DNA from: Camelus dromedarius
Taxonomy: Eukaryota
NCBI RefSeq assembly: GCF_036321535.1
Contig: NC_087451.1
Coordinates: forward strand, 18,352,001-18,416,000
Length of the DNA: 64,000 bases
Direction: 5' to 3'
Shown here piece after piece: positions 34,641 through 63,652 of this stretch (position 1 is the first letter of the stretch; each line of letters opens with the position of its first letter). The translations under genes and the position numbers were made by a program. Under the pieces are notes generated by a model that was not told where the DNA came from, did not search any database, and saw nothing but the letters and a program-made list of their open reading frames with translations.

Positions 34641-37220
34641 TTTTTTTTTAATTGAAGTATAGTTGATTTATGATGTGTTAGTTTCAAGTGCACAGCAAAG
34701 TGATTTGGATATCTATATCAATATAATTTTTTCTTTTTTTAGATTATTCTCCATTATAGGTTATTACCAGATATTGACTATAATTCCCTGTGCTATACAG
34801 TAAATCCTTGGTGAGTTCCACTCCCTTTTTTTCTTAATTGAAGTATAGTCAGTTTACAATGTGCCAATTTCTGGTGCACAACATAATGTTTCAGTCATAT
34901 GTATACATGTGTATATTTCTTTTCATATTCTTTTTCATCACAGGTTACTGCAAGATATTGAATCTAGTTCCTTGTGCTATACAGTAGAAACTTGTTGTCA
35001 CTTACTTTTGCTATTAATAGTGTAAATACTAACGGTATTAAAAGTCAGTAAGAGTTTAGGAGTATGAACCTCTGGACCTAGTACATATCATTTTAAAAAA
35101 TCATTCTAGTCTATATTTGTATTTAATTACTTTATTTTTTGTTTTCATTGAAGCATATTTGATTTACAGTATTGTGTTAGTTTCTAGTGTACAGCATATT
35201 CAGTTATACGTATATATGTATTCTTTTTCAGATTCTTTTCCATTATAGGTTATTACAAGATACTGAATGTAATTCCCTGTGCTCTACAGTAGGTCCTTGT
35301 TGTTTATCTATTTTGTGTATAGTAGTGTGTATCTGTTAATCCCAAACTTCTAATTTATCCCTCCCCAGCCTTTCCCCTTTGGTAACCATGTTTATTTTCT
35401 AACACACGTATCATTTTATAATTGCTTCCTGTATCCCACCTCATCAGACTGTTCAGGAGCTGGGAGTTCCTAGCAGTTTTTCTCTGACTCGGAATCCCTT
35501 TTCTCCCAAACTTTCAAAATCAACAGAAACCCGCGGCGCATCTCCACATCTCCAGTCGCCCCGCAGTCTCCACCGGGTCCCACTCCCTGAAGCCAGGCCC
35601 ACGAGGTCGTAGAAACTTCCCGCCAAGGTCCTCTCCCTTCCGATACTGAGACTTCCTTCTCGATTCATTTGCTTGTCATCTGTCCTGAAGCGAAAAGTCA
35701 ATTAGACATCTCCTTTGACAAGATGACTGGTAAGGACTTCCCTGTCCCGGTAAGTCCCAAGGACTTTTGTTTACTTCTTTACCCAAGTCGGTGCAGAGAG
35801 CGCTGCCTGGGGAGGGCCTTGGGGCGCCCTGGGTGCGCTCAGCACCCCGGATCCCCGAGGGGTCCCCCGAGGGGTCCGCTGAGCTGCTCCCCCGTCCCTC
35901 TTTCCCTCCGTCCCTCTCTTCACTGCCCCCACCCCATTTCTGCCCTCTCTTTTGGAAGTTAGTTATTATGACTCTTTACCATCTTCATCTCTTTCTAGGG
36001 AGCCAGTCCCTCCGCCCAGGGCACTCATTTCCCTCTGACACCAGGACCCACCACCTTCTCTTCCCAGGGGTTCCTCACAGTTTCACAGAAGAGCTTACAT
36101 GTGACGAGGGGAAAACCAGCAGCCCAGGTGAGTTCACCACCTTGTCAGCTTTTTAGGGCTTTTACGAACACTTTATTAATAAAGGAGATAAGCCGCTGGC
36201 TGCAGGTATTTTCTCAGCGTTTGTCATTTGCTTGCCTTTGATTTTGTTTTTGACCTTATAGACGTTTATCTGCGTTTTTTTCTCTCTTTTTATGGCCTCT
36301 GATTTTGGGCTCCAGGGAAGGGAAGAAAGGCCTCTTCCCTCTTGAGGTGAGATGATGAGTACACCCATCCTTGTTTTACTCTAGGATTTTCTTGGCTTCA
36401 TTTCACATTCGAGTATCTGATCCACCTGGTAGAGAGATGAGTGTCTGATGTCCGTTCTGATGACTGGTTTTCCAGTTGTCCCACAGGCATTTATTAAGGA
36501 ACCTAATTTTCAACAGTAATGTAAAATTTTATCTTCATTGTATTGCATATTCTCATATATTTGAACAAACTGTTTTTTTGTTTTTGTTTTTGTTTTTGTT
36601 TTTGGCAGGCGGGAGGTAATTAGGTCTATGTATTTATTTTAGAGGAGGTACTGGGGATTGAACCCAGGACCTCAGGCATGCTAAGCATGTGCTCTACCAC
36701 TTGAGCTGTGCCCTCCCAGCTATATATTACATATATATTCCCAGCTACATACTTATATTCATACATACACATGCTGGACTTTGGGCTAGAAGAACTGAAC
36801 TTACAAGAAGCTGTTAATTATTGAGGAGAGGGACTGGGTGGAAAGAAGAAAGCATTCAGTTTTCACTATGTCTTTCTGTACTCTTCAGCTTTTCTCGTGA
36901 TGGCATGTATTGCTTTGAAAAAAATTTATTGAAGTATAGTCAACTGACAATGTGTTAGTTTCAAGTGTGCAGCAAAGTGATTCAATTATATATATCTATT
37001 ATTTTTCAGATTCTTTTCCATTATAGGTTTTTTTTAAATTGAAGTATAGTCAGTTACAATGGGTCAGTTTCTGGTGTACAGCATACTGTCCCAGTCATGC
37101 TTTCCATTATAGGTTATTACAAGATATTGAATATAGTTCCCCATGCTCTACCACAGGACCTTGCTGTTTATCTATTTAGTTAGTTATCTATTAGAGTTCC
37201 CTGTGCTGTATAGTAGGTCC
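34641..37220 (-). mobile_element. Stack of short L1 3'-end insertions
   Basis: At least five copies of 'ttttaattgaagtatagt...ttccattataggttattacaagatattgaa...ccctgtgctatacagta'. TSD TGAGTTCCACT at 34630-34640 and 34812-34822; nested copy with TSD TTTCCATTATAGGTT at 37015-37029 and 37101-37115. Confidence 0.8.
36575..36717 (-). mobile_element. Vic-1-like SINE
   Basis: Reverse complement has GCTCAAGTGGTAGAG...GGTTCAATCCCC and a (TTTTTG)n tail. Confidence 0.85.
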
Positions 37221-38257
37221 TTGTGCTTTTTTATTGTCAGAAGGGTTTTCCTGGGTGTTGTGTCATGGGACATTTCTGTTTTCTTTCTATTTGTTTATTT
37301 TTCTTAAATCCTAATATTTTAAAACGAAGATAAGGGGGATTTACTGGAAGATGCTGAGGTACCTCAATCAAAGGAGGTGTCAGGCAACCAGCCTGCAGGA
37401 GGAGACAAGCGCTGCTGGGTCTCAGGAATTTCTGGAATCAGGGCTGGGATCCGGGAGGTCCTTTCTTGTCTCTGCTTGTCTTGGTGCATCAGCTGCCTTC
37501 TCTCCCACCCCGCATAAAATGCGAGGAATGAACATGGGTGCCTCGTGCATCGTAATTTCATCTCTTGCGGCTCCTACAGAAGAGAGAGACCGACTTCCTG
37601 AGTTCCTATTTAACAGAATTCTCAGGAGGGACTTTCTTTGGCTTGGCTTGGGTCAGGATCCCCCCTCTCTGGCCCCCTGCCCCATGGGCTCTGGCCAGCT
37701 TAGGGGTGTCTCTAAGTTGCTGGCAGATCCTCTGGGGTCGCAGAGTTGGAGAACAGTCTCAGTAGAAGGGAGGGTGCTGGGAAGATAACACATTCATTTA
37801 TCGTTACTCATCCATCCAGTCAACTTCTGTCAGGCACCTGTTACGCCCTAGGCTCTGTGCTCTGTGCACACAGTCACCCAGCAAGGTCCCAGCCATCAGA
37901 CAGCTGAGGTCCCAGTGAGGGAGGCAGGCTGGAAATCAGAGTCCTGGATCCGCCAGACCCACTGTCCCTGTTCACAAGAGGAGTCCCTTCTGTTGTCTGT
38001 CGAGGGGCCTCGGCGGGCTGGCTTGGGGCCTTAGCTCTGTGAGGTGGTGATGGCTGAGAACCGGAGCCAGCAGGCCTGGCCGCCGGGGCGGCTGCAGCTG
38101 TTCCGAGTTGCCAGCCAAGAGCCAGTAGGTGAAGGGAGTGGCTTCCTGTTGAGCTGAGATTTCTGGCTCTGGCTTGGAAGTCAAGACGTCCCCAGAAACA
38201 AGCTGTCAGGCAGCCCGCGAAGTTTGGTGGAATTTTCATTATAAAAAGGCAAAAGCT

Positions 38258-38402
38258 GGGGGAAGGGTATAGTTCAGTTGGTAGAGTGCTTGCTTTGCAT
38301 GCATGAGGTCCTGGGTTCAATCCCCAGTACTTCCATTAAAATAATAAGTAAATAAATAAGAACCTAATTACCCCCCCTGAAAAAGAAAAATAAGACAAAA
38401 GC
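38258..38402 (+). mobile_element. Vic-1-like SINE
   Basis: GGGTATAGTTCAGTTGGTAGAG...GGTTCAATCCCCAGTAC with an A-rich tail; CAAAAGC on both flanks. Confidence 0.88.
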
Positions 38403-40110
38403 CAGGCCTGGATCAGGTGCTTGACTCCACCACTTCCTTGGCAGGAAGTCTCAGTCCCTCAGGCAATGGTCCTGCCCAGGAAACTTGGAAAAAGACAGAG
38501 GGAGTTTCAACTCTGGTCCCATTACTAGCGGGAAGGGACTGCGGAGGGGGTGTGTGGGGGGCAAGAGCCCCTCCTGGAGACACCTCAGGGGAAGGTTTTC
38601 TGACGTGCTGACTCTGCAAGAGTTGCCCGTGGGCTACAGCCCCTCTGGAGACTGCCACAAAGTGCTCTCCTGTAAATGTGACAGATGCCTGGAGCCAGCG
38701 ACCCACGCAGCGATGCATGGGCTTGGGCCTCAAGGGATGAGGATTTCTACTCACTGTCCCTCACCCCAAACTGCTCTCCTCCATGCTGGCTGTTGGTCCA
38801 AGTGTGGATTTGCCCCAGCGTGTCTTATGTGATGCAGGGGACATGTGTGTGTGATGTATTGTTTATATGTGATAATAGAAACGGTGGTTAAATTGAGGAT
38901 TTAGCCAATAGTTTGGGGACTGGACAGAGATCACACCTGGAGGAGTTGTTCGTAAACCTGAGGACCCTGGACTCTGAGGCTGAGAACTTTTCCGAAGGGC
39001 CCCTGCCACCATTACTTTCGAAAGCAAGACATCAGGTTTCTGTCCTGCTGGGAAGGATAATAGTGCGTCTTCCATTGTAGCAGTGAGAACAAGACCAAAA
39101 CAGGGTATTTGGGGAACTAAATGTGTTGGGAGCTGGCCGGGTTGGTGAGGGGGTGGAAGGCGCTGGTCGCGTGGCCACACCCACCACCCTTGGTAAACAG
39201 CGCACCAACTGCTACCCTTCCGCGCCTGCACCTGCTGCCTCCTGGCGTTAAGGCGGCAAAGGCCCAATTGGCTGCGTCTGCAGAGGGAAGCCAAGAGGTC
39301 GCTTTGGGGCCAAGACCATGGGGCAAATGGTGAGGAAGCCCTGAGAAAGCAGAGACCACACAGGAGAAAGAGGAGAGAGACAAAGTAGAGAGGAAAGGAA
39401 GGCATGAGAGGAGCCCAGAGTGGACAGAGCAGAGGCGGGAGTGGCTGGTCCCCTGGGCTGCCTTGGCTTCTGACACCAGTCCGGCTTGTCCTAGTCCACG
39501 TGTAAACCTCCAGGAAACCTGGCTTGTGGATCTGACTTTGTGATGCACAGAAGCTAAGCAACACCTCCCTACAGCTCCCATGGCTTCTGCTTTTCACCTG
39601 GTGACAGTTCTGGCGTCACTGTCTGTTAATAGGTCTCTCCCTCTTTCTTGAGGCCACGGCTTATTCATCTCTTCAAGCAGAGCATCTGGCCCTGTGCGGG
39701 GAACCTTGGGGGTGCCTATTAATGTTTGAATAAAGACCTGCATCTTGGCCCAGCCCTCACCCAGAGGCTGTCAAACAAGCAGCAACCCCGACTTTAGATT
39801 CAATACACGTTATCAGCCACGTGCAGGAGGTGAGCTGGGCCAAGGAGGTTCTTTCTGGGCCTCTGAAGTGGAAAACCAGCAGTGAAAAGGCAGTTAGCTG
39901 CAGGAGCAGAGGCTTCAAGGGCGTGTGGGATGTGGGCAAGTTGCGTGGGTACTCTGGTGCTTGTCGTGGAGGGCCAGTTATGAAGGACCTCACGGGTAGG
40001 AGACCCACAATGGTGGACATCCTGAGGTTGTGTGACATGTAAAACACAGGTGTCCGTGATCAATAAAGCTGATTATAAGTCTTATGCAGTTGCCAGTCTA
40101 CTTGTATCAC

Positions 40111-43100
40111 TGTAATAGGGAGGAACCTTCATATTCCATTACAAGTTAATCGCCGAAGGGATGTTGCCTATAAGCTTAAATTATACGTAATGGCCCATCT
40201 CTGGGAACCTTGTCTTCCAGAAAATGAGCATTAAGCTAAAACACCTATGTTGAGCTCACAGGAAACACCCAGACCATGCCCACCTGTGAATGGCAAGGGG
40301 GTGAAATTAACCCATCCCTCCGGAGTCTGGCCGGAACCAGGGCTTGACCCCCTCCCCTTTTAGTTTAAAAGACGCTGGAATTCCAACTTGGTGAAGATGG
40401 CTCTTTGGGGGTCCTAGTCCACCAGCTTTTTGGTCTGCTGGTTTTCCGAATAAAGTTGCTATTCCTCGCCACAACAATTTGTCACTAGACTTGTTGGCCT
40501 GTCGTGCGGCGAGCAGTGGGAACTTGGTCTTGGTAACAAATTCTGGCCAGCCAAGGGTCTTGCTGCTGTGGCCAGCCAGTCCCGGCTGGGGAATTTTCTG
40601 GGAAGGCCCTAGCGGCTGCAGGACCAACTGTCCTGAGGATCTTTCCTTCAAATTTCCCAAAGTGGCACCGGCTGCCCCAGCGCTTGGCAGTTGGAGCCAG
40701 GAATCAACTTCTGGGAGCCAATGGGCTCCATGCAGTAGGGTAAGTGGCTTCAGGGTGTACAGTTTGAAACATTATTTCCTCTCTGTTTAAGGCTTTTTTG
40801 CTCCAGAATGAACCAGTTTGTTTTGTATTTGAGTAGGGTACCCTGAGGAAATAGTTGCTGGATTTTTACTCAGTTTGTGAAATGTTCTCGTTTTTTTTTT
40901 TTTTTTTCCCAATGGATGCTAGCATTTGTGTGCATCGTTTGTTTGGTTTGCCTTGTACTTGTCTTTAAAAAATGGGACAGTTTCAACTATTTCTAAAGAA
41001 AGTCCTCTGAGGTGAATTTTGGATGTCTGATTACAGCTAGGAAACCATGACAAAGAGGAAGAGTGTATGACCACGGTACCTGTTCGGATCTCCACCAGGG
41101 GTTTAGGCAGGGTCATCTTGGGACCCTGTGTACCATGTACTGCCACCTTTGTGTTAATTACATTGTTTGTGTCCCCTGTGTTGGTATATGTAGAACCCCG
41201 TGGCCAAACTTGAGAGTTAATTTAGGGTTTTCTGTTTGTTCTTTGGGTTTCTTGTTTCATTTTGTTTTGGTACTGTTTCTTCATTTACAGCCAAATCAGT
41301 TTGATCTTTAAAACTTTTGCTGGTGTCAAATGGAGGAAAGGAACAGGAAAAGGGGGGGAAAAAACCTGTCCTCGTCCAGAAGTGGGACGTTCCCAGGGAG
41401 AAGAGAAGGGTTCCCCTTGGTTCCTAAAACCTCCAAAAGCCCCCAAATCACCAAAACCCCCTAAATCCTCTGTGTGGTATTACATTAGGGTGGGAAAAAG
41501 TCAAGTTTTCACCTTAGGTTAAATAAACCCAAGGGAAAATCTGTTCATACAGGAAGAAAGAAAAGAAAAGGAATGAGGGTGAGGTGCCTATCTCTGGCTG
41601 AGCTGTTATGCCAATATATCCACCCTTCCACCCCCTCCCAACACTGGGGGTCAGGAGGTGGCCAGACTAGCATCCCCTCCTTACAAGAATCAATTAGAAA
41701 ATCCTGTGCTGGTTCCTGGAGTGCAGGGACCTGGTCTGATATTGCCATCTAGGACCCAGCTGGGGCCAGGAGTCACCCCCAGGGCAGGGTAGATTCCCTT
41801 GTGCACTTAGGGAGCCTGCGTGTCAGTGGCCAGCAGGCTGCTTATCTATGGATGCATAGCCCTTTCTTCACCCCAGACTTGTTTAGTTAGAAAGATCGCA
41901 GCCCTCCTTACAGGGAGGCTCCTCTGGGTGGAAGGAGGATGGTCATCGACAAGGCCGGGGAAGAAGCTGACCAGCTCCGCCTCAGACCCAGATGGTCCAC
42001 CTGAAGCCTGCTTGACATCACCCCCAGCTGAACCAAATCGGGACTCCAGTGAGGGAGGAACACCCTTACTGGAGCACTTCACTGTAAGCGCATCTTGGCA
42101 GAGCCTTGAAAAGGGGAACCAAAGCAAAAGAGCTTGAACAAAATTCAAGAAATTCAGTAAAAACCAAATGAAGATTTATAAGGCCAACAGAGCATACTGA
42201 TGTAGATCCCCGAGGCCCCTGAAAATACAAAGCGCCCCAGTAGAAGAAAATGACAAAAGTTAGATGGTATGTTTGGAATGAACCCCTCTCAGTTGGTAGA
42301 TGTTGCTTTTAAAGAGTTCAGCAGCAGGGGACAAGGACAGGAGATGCAAAAAAAAAAAAAAAAAAAAAAAAACCATATTTCTGGCGGTGGCATTGGATTC
42401 CTGGAAGGTGAGTCACCCAAAGAGAGGCAACCACCTTTGGGGAAGGAAGGATGCTCTTACTGTTAGAAAGAAGGGCACTGGGGAAAAAGATTGCCTTAGG
42501 CTAAATAGGAAGGAGGGGAATAAAAGATGGGAGTCGCTCAGCTGGTAGAAGGAAAGGAACACTGATGAATGAAGAGGCCCAGGGGCTCCCTTGGCCTTAA
42601 GGTGCCCAGTTCCAACTTCCCCACAGGAGCCCCGGGTAAAACTGACAGTGGGGAATGAGCTGATTAACTTTCTGATGCAGGTGCAACATACTGTGGTGAA
42701 CACCAGTGTGGCACAGAACACACCTCAATCCATCCTGGTCATGAGAGTCCCTGGAGGAGTACAAAATCCTTCATTCTTATACCCTCCAGGATGCCAACTA
42801 GGGGACCTCACTCTCAAACAGTTTCTTCTATATGCCAGAGTGTCCAGTCCCTCTCCTTTGTAGGAAAGGACAAAGCGAGGGCCATAGAGTAGGGTTTCAG
42901 ACCTCCCCAGATGGGGTCTCAACACGGAGGAACCTGCCCCGCCGAGAGCTAGCCAATAGACTTGACTCAAATGCCTTGAGCTGTAGGACATTTCCCATAG
43001 CTGCTGGTGTTTGTGGACACTTTTTCAGGATGGGGGGAAACCATATCCCACCCAGACAGAAACAGCTTCCAAAGTGGGTAAAGCCCTCCTTGAGGAAATT

Positions 43101-44691
43101 GTCCTCTGATTTGTATTAAAGCATTGCAAATTATTTGGAAAATACATTCATCTTGGAGACTACAATCAACAGGAAAAACATGAGAAAATGAATGATGCAT
43201 TAAAAAGGAGCATTGCTAAGTATGTCAGGAGACTAATTTAACTTGGGATAAGATCTTGCCAGTTGCCCTGCTATGGATCAGAGTGGTTCCCAGAAGCAGG
43301 CTTAAATTAAACTCCTTTGAAATACTGCGTGGTAGGCCATTCCAGTGTCTGCCCAGGCGGGAGAATCTATAAATGCTCTGAGGGACCTAGCGGTTGCCAA
43401 TTATGTTAAAACTTTGGGCACTGTTGGTCTCTGTTCATGAGTGTGCCTCCAGCAGATCTACCTATCCAAGTGGAGTAGCTTTACATCCTTTCTGACCCTG
43501 AGACCGAGTCCTCCTTAAAACCTGAAGAGAACAAGGGCCTGAACTTCAGCTGCCTCCCTGGTGGACAGGACTGCACGTGACACACACTCGCCTGTCAAGC
43601 AAGCTACGGTAAAGCTGTGGATTCATCCCACTTGGGTTAAAGCAGCACCACTGTCCTTTAAAAAATGACCCAACTTCTGAGAGGCCTGGGGACCCTTAGA
43701 ACCCTTTAGGTTGTGAACCGTTAGAATACTTAAGGTTGCTCTTCATAATCTCAATACTTATTTTTTTTTAATTTCATTGTAGGTGGAGACAGGTTAACCT
43801 ATTTAATTTTTAAAAGCATTTTATTTTATTATTTTTTAATGGAGGTACTGGGGACTGAACCCAGGACCTCATGCATGCTAAGCCTGTTCTCTACCACTGA
43901 GCTATAACCACCACCCTAATCTATTTAATTTTGTCCAGATAAATAGCACAGGAATTTAGTGTAATCACGGTACAAAGTTAAAATTAATAGATAATGTGTT
44001 GGGAGATGGAACCAAAATCCCAAGTTCAATTACAAATTAAGATGACAAAGTGCTGAGGGGTTTCATCAAGTTCAGATAGTTGTAGGTTAAAAAAGCAAAG
44101 AGGATTGTACTGCTGACTAAAATTTAAGGAGTATTCCCTGTCCAAGGCTGATCCATTCATTCCATAATCACCTTTGCTTTGTCCTCATTATGCAGGAAGT
44201 AGCCCGGGTGGTCTTTGCCCCTTTTCCCACAGGACTGTGGAATGGGTCATTGACAGTGGGGAATTGTAAAAGGGAAGAACCTTCATGTTCTATTACAAGT
44301 TAATCACTAAAGGGATGTTGCCTATAAGCTTGAATTATACATAATGGTCCATTTCTGGGAACCCTGCCTCGCAGGTGATGAGCGTTAAGCTAAAACACCT
44401 TTGAGCTCCCAGGCAACATCCTGACCAAGCCCGCCTGTGAATGGCTGGCTGCAGGCGGGATGAAACTAACACATCCCCTCCAGAGCCTGGCCGGAACCAG
44501 TTTCTTTTAGTATAAAAGAAGCCTGAATTTTAACTTGGGGAAGGTGGTTCTTTGGGGGCACTAGTCCACCATATTCTTGGTCTGCTGGCTTTCTGAATAA
44601 AGTTGCTACTACCTCGCCCCAATGACTCATCACTGGATTTGTTGGCCTGTCATGCGGTGAGCAGTACAAGCTTGGTCTCTGACCTTGGACA
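40111..44691 (+). mobile_element. Defective class I (gamma-like) endogenous retrovirus with two LTRs
   Basis: LTRs 40111-40538 and 44265-44691 (TG...CA). PBS-like TGGCCAGCCAAG after the 5' LTR, PPT AGTGGGGAA before the 3' LTR, TSD-like TCAC/TGAC. Remnants of gag (SPFFTPDLF.., MNPSQLVDVAFK, CSYC*KEGHW..C), protease (SPQEPRVKLTVG..FL, MPECPVPLL) and integrase (DTFSGW, WDKILPVALL.IR..PR, WIH). RT and env are not recognisable. Confidence 0.88.
43765..43917 (-). mobile_element. Vic-1-like SINE inserted in the ERV
   Basis: Reverse complement has TTATAGCTCAGTGGTAGAG...GGTTCAGTCCCCAGTACC. Confidence 0.85.
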
Positions 44692-44789
44692 TGACCTAGT
44701 CGTCTTTCATACATACTGCTCTGTTGGATTAGTGTGAGGAAGCCACGTGTAAGACATGAAAAGTGCTTTGTCCACTACTTTCTACCCCC

Positions 44790-44940
44790 ATGAGGAAACA
44801 TATGGGTAGCTTCTTAAATAAAACAGATTCCTGGCTTCCCATCTCTATCATCTTCCTAAATTGAGATTCTTTGGGAATGGAGCCTAGAAATCTGAATTTT
44901 AAATAAGCATATCCTGTGATTGATTAGGTTGGTCCAAGGA
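44790..44940. mobile_element. MER5A-like DNA transposon fragment
   Basis: 'aaaacagattcctgg...gggaatggagcctagaaatctgaattttaaataagc'. Confidence 0.55.
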
Positions 44941-45643
44941 GACTTAGAAAAGACTGAAAGAATCGATTAAGGTGCGTGTGTGTTTGGGGTGGGGAAAACA
45001 GTACTTTGATCTGTGGCCACAAGGTGGCAGCAGAGAGAGGTAAGGAGAAACTAGCGCCTCAGGCACCCAGAGGGGCTGGGGGTGGGCAGACACTGGGATG
45101 GGTTCTGGGAGGAGGCAGGCCCTGTATTGCTTCAAGGTCTCCTTTGCCAGGTGGAGTCTGTTACTGCAGACGAATCCCCCATAACCGCCTGTCTCATTAC
45201 CAGATCTTTAGGGACACTCTGCTTTTGCCAAACTCTGCCGGCAGAAACTGCATTAGTGTGACCTTGGCCAGGCTGTGGGTGATGGTAATGTGTGTTCCAT
45301 GTGGGTGATTATGGGAGGCAAGGGATGTCACCTGCACAAGGCAGCTTACTTAAAGGACACCTGTGCATTGTTGAAAGCAGGGCCTTCCACCTCCCCGCCC
45401 ACCCTTTGCTGCCAGGCTTGTGGTTCCAGGTGTTCTTAAAGGACCTATCCACCTGCGCCAGGCCTGCTCCACTCATGAGATTGGGTCTGTGGCTGGGGAG
45501 CTGGCCAAAGACCAGGCAAAGGCTACTGGGATGGGGTGGGGGCAGGGAATACAGGATGGGGCAGCTGCCTCTGGGAGCAGCCAAGATGTCCCTGGCTGCA
45601 GTAGGGGTGGTAAAAGGATTAGGTGACAGTCCCCTAACCCAGC

Positions 45644-45649
45644 CCGGAA
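45644..45649 (+). promoter_or_regulatory. CHRNE N-box (synapse-specific GABP/Ets element)
   Basis: CCGGAA 97 nt upstream of the ATG, the same spacing as the N-box mutated in human congenital myasthenia. Confidence 0.85.
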
Positions 45650-45740
45650 CTAACACCCTCCTCCCCCTCACTCACGCACCCTGGCCTGCCACCCTCCAAG
45701 CCTGCCAAAGCTCAGAATAACCCCAGGGCCAGACAGCAGG

Positions 45741-50196
<4,456 letters not shown>

Positions 50197-50850
50197 AGCT
50201 GAGCCCGCAGCCGCATTCCCACCATCTCCAGGAGGAAAGAGATCTTGAGGAATAAGTTGCTGCTACTGCTTTTGTGAGCCTTTCCCCCTGCTGATAAATC
50301 TGTCTTCTGTAAACTTCCCAAGGGGAGTCGTGTGTAAATGTGTGTAGATTCCTGGCCACTGTGCAGGAATCAAGAGTGGGCAGATGGCTCAGGCAGGCTC
50401 TTGGAGCCAATCCTCCAGAAAGCAAGGTCCACCCTCAGTTGAGTCTTGCTGACCTTCCAGTTTTTCTCGGGCCCCAGCCCCATGTGATCCTCTAGCTCTG
50501 TGAGCTTCTAAGAGATATCTGTCCCCAGATAAGAGGAGACCCCTTTGCAGGAGTTGTACAGAGAGAGGCTGGAGCCAGGAAGCCAGGTCCCTGTATGGCC
50601 TTGCCAGGCTCAAGTAGGCAGGTACCAAATGGCCTCAGGTTTAAGGCTGAGGATGTCCCAGCTCTCCCTCAGTCATTTCCTCTAGGTTTTCTTGGCCCAG
50701 CACTGCCCACCAAGAGTCACCGATTGCAGATTCCATCCCACCCTGCCCCATTCATCCCAGCTCTGCTGGTTTGCCCTGGCTAGTACCCAGGATTGTGAGA
50801 GAAAATAGAACAAAGGGGGGCCTGAAGTGGTGGGAGCTGGTTGAATTGTC

Positions 50851-51099
50851 TTTATTAACAAACGGGATATCCAAGGCCACTACATTGAAAAGGAGTGGGG
50901 GCAAGGAGAGGACGGGGCTACTTGCTGCTCACACTATATACAGATGCAAGCAAGGGGGTGTGGAGGGGAAGAGCTCCCTGCTCCCTCCCTCCACCAGGGC
51001 AGAGGCTAGAAGAGATAGGGGTTGGAAAGGGAAATGTTTTGGCTGGCGGGGGGGTCCCCCCTCCATTCCCTGGGGTTTGGGGGGAGGGGAATCATTAAA
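50851..51099. terminator. Convergent polyadenylation signals of MINK1 and CHRNE
   Basis: AATAAA on - at 50851-50856 (MINK1) and ATTAAA on + at 51094-51099 (CHRNE). Confidence 0.65.
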
Positions 51100-51599
51100 G
51101 TGCTTTCAGAAAATGAGGAAATGGTCCCTGCCCCTGGAGTGGCTGGTGACCTCCCTAAATCCTAGGGCCCAGTGACTCCCCCCAGGGTCTGGTACATTCA
51201 AGGGGGGAGCCGGCTCCCCTGACGTGCAAATAAAGGGACCCAGGGCCCTGCCGAGTCAGCAGCAGTGGGGTACGGGGGTCCAAGCCCCAAGCACTCTCCT
51301 CTTAAGTGGAGAAAGGGGGGTAGGGCTAGGCCCACTCAATTCCTGGTTAGGGGGAGCTGTGCCTCTCCCCAGAAGCTGGGACAGGCACAGTTTTGGGGAG
51401 AGAACATGTTGGGGGAGAGGATGGTCACGTGATCACAAAAGCATCAGGGGTTAGAGGTCACGTTCCCAGCAGGCTCCAGTGAATCAAACCAGTAAAAGCA
51501 AAAGCCCAGGGAGGGAAGAGAAGGGCGGCCCAGGAGGTCTGGCTGTTGGGGGAGAGCTGGTNNNNNNNNNNNNNNNNNNNNNNNNNNNNNNNNNNNNNN

Positions 51600-63652
<12,053 letters not shown>

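Noticed and set aside
37900-39600. Several protein-looking frames in unique sequence (for example FSDVLTLQELPVGYSPSGDCHKVLSCKC at about 38590)
   Set aside because: I could not link them by phase-consistent splice sites or assign homology. They may belong to the 35.6-37.8 kb unit, but the support is too weak.
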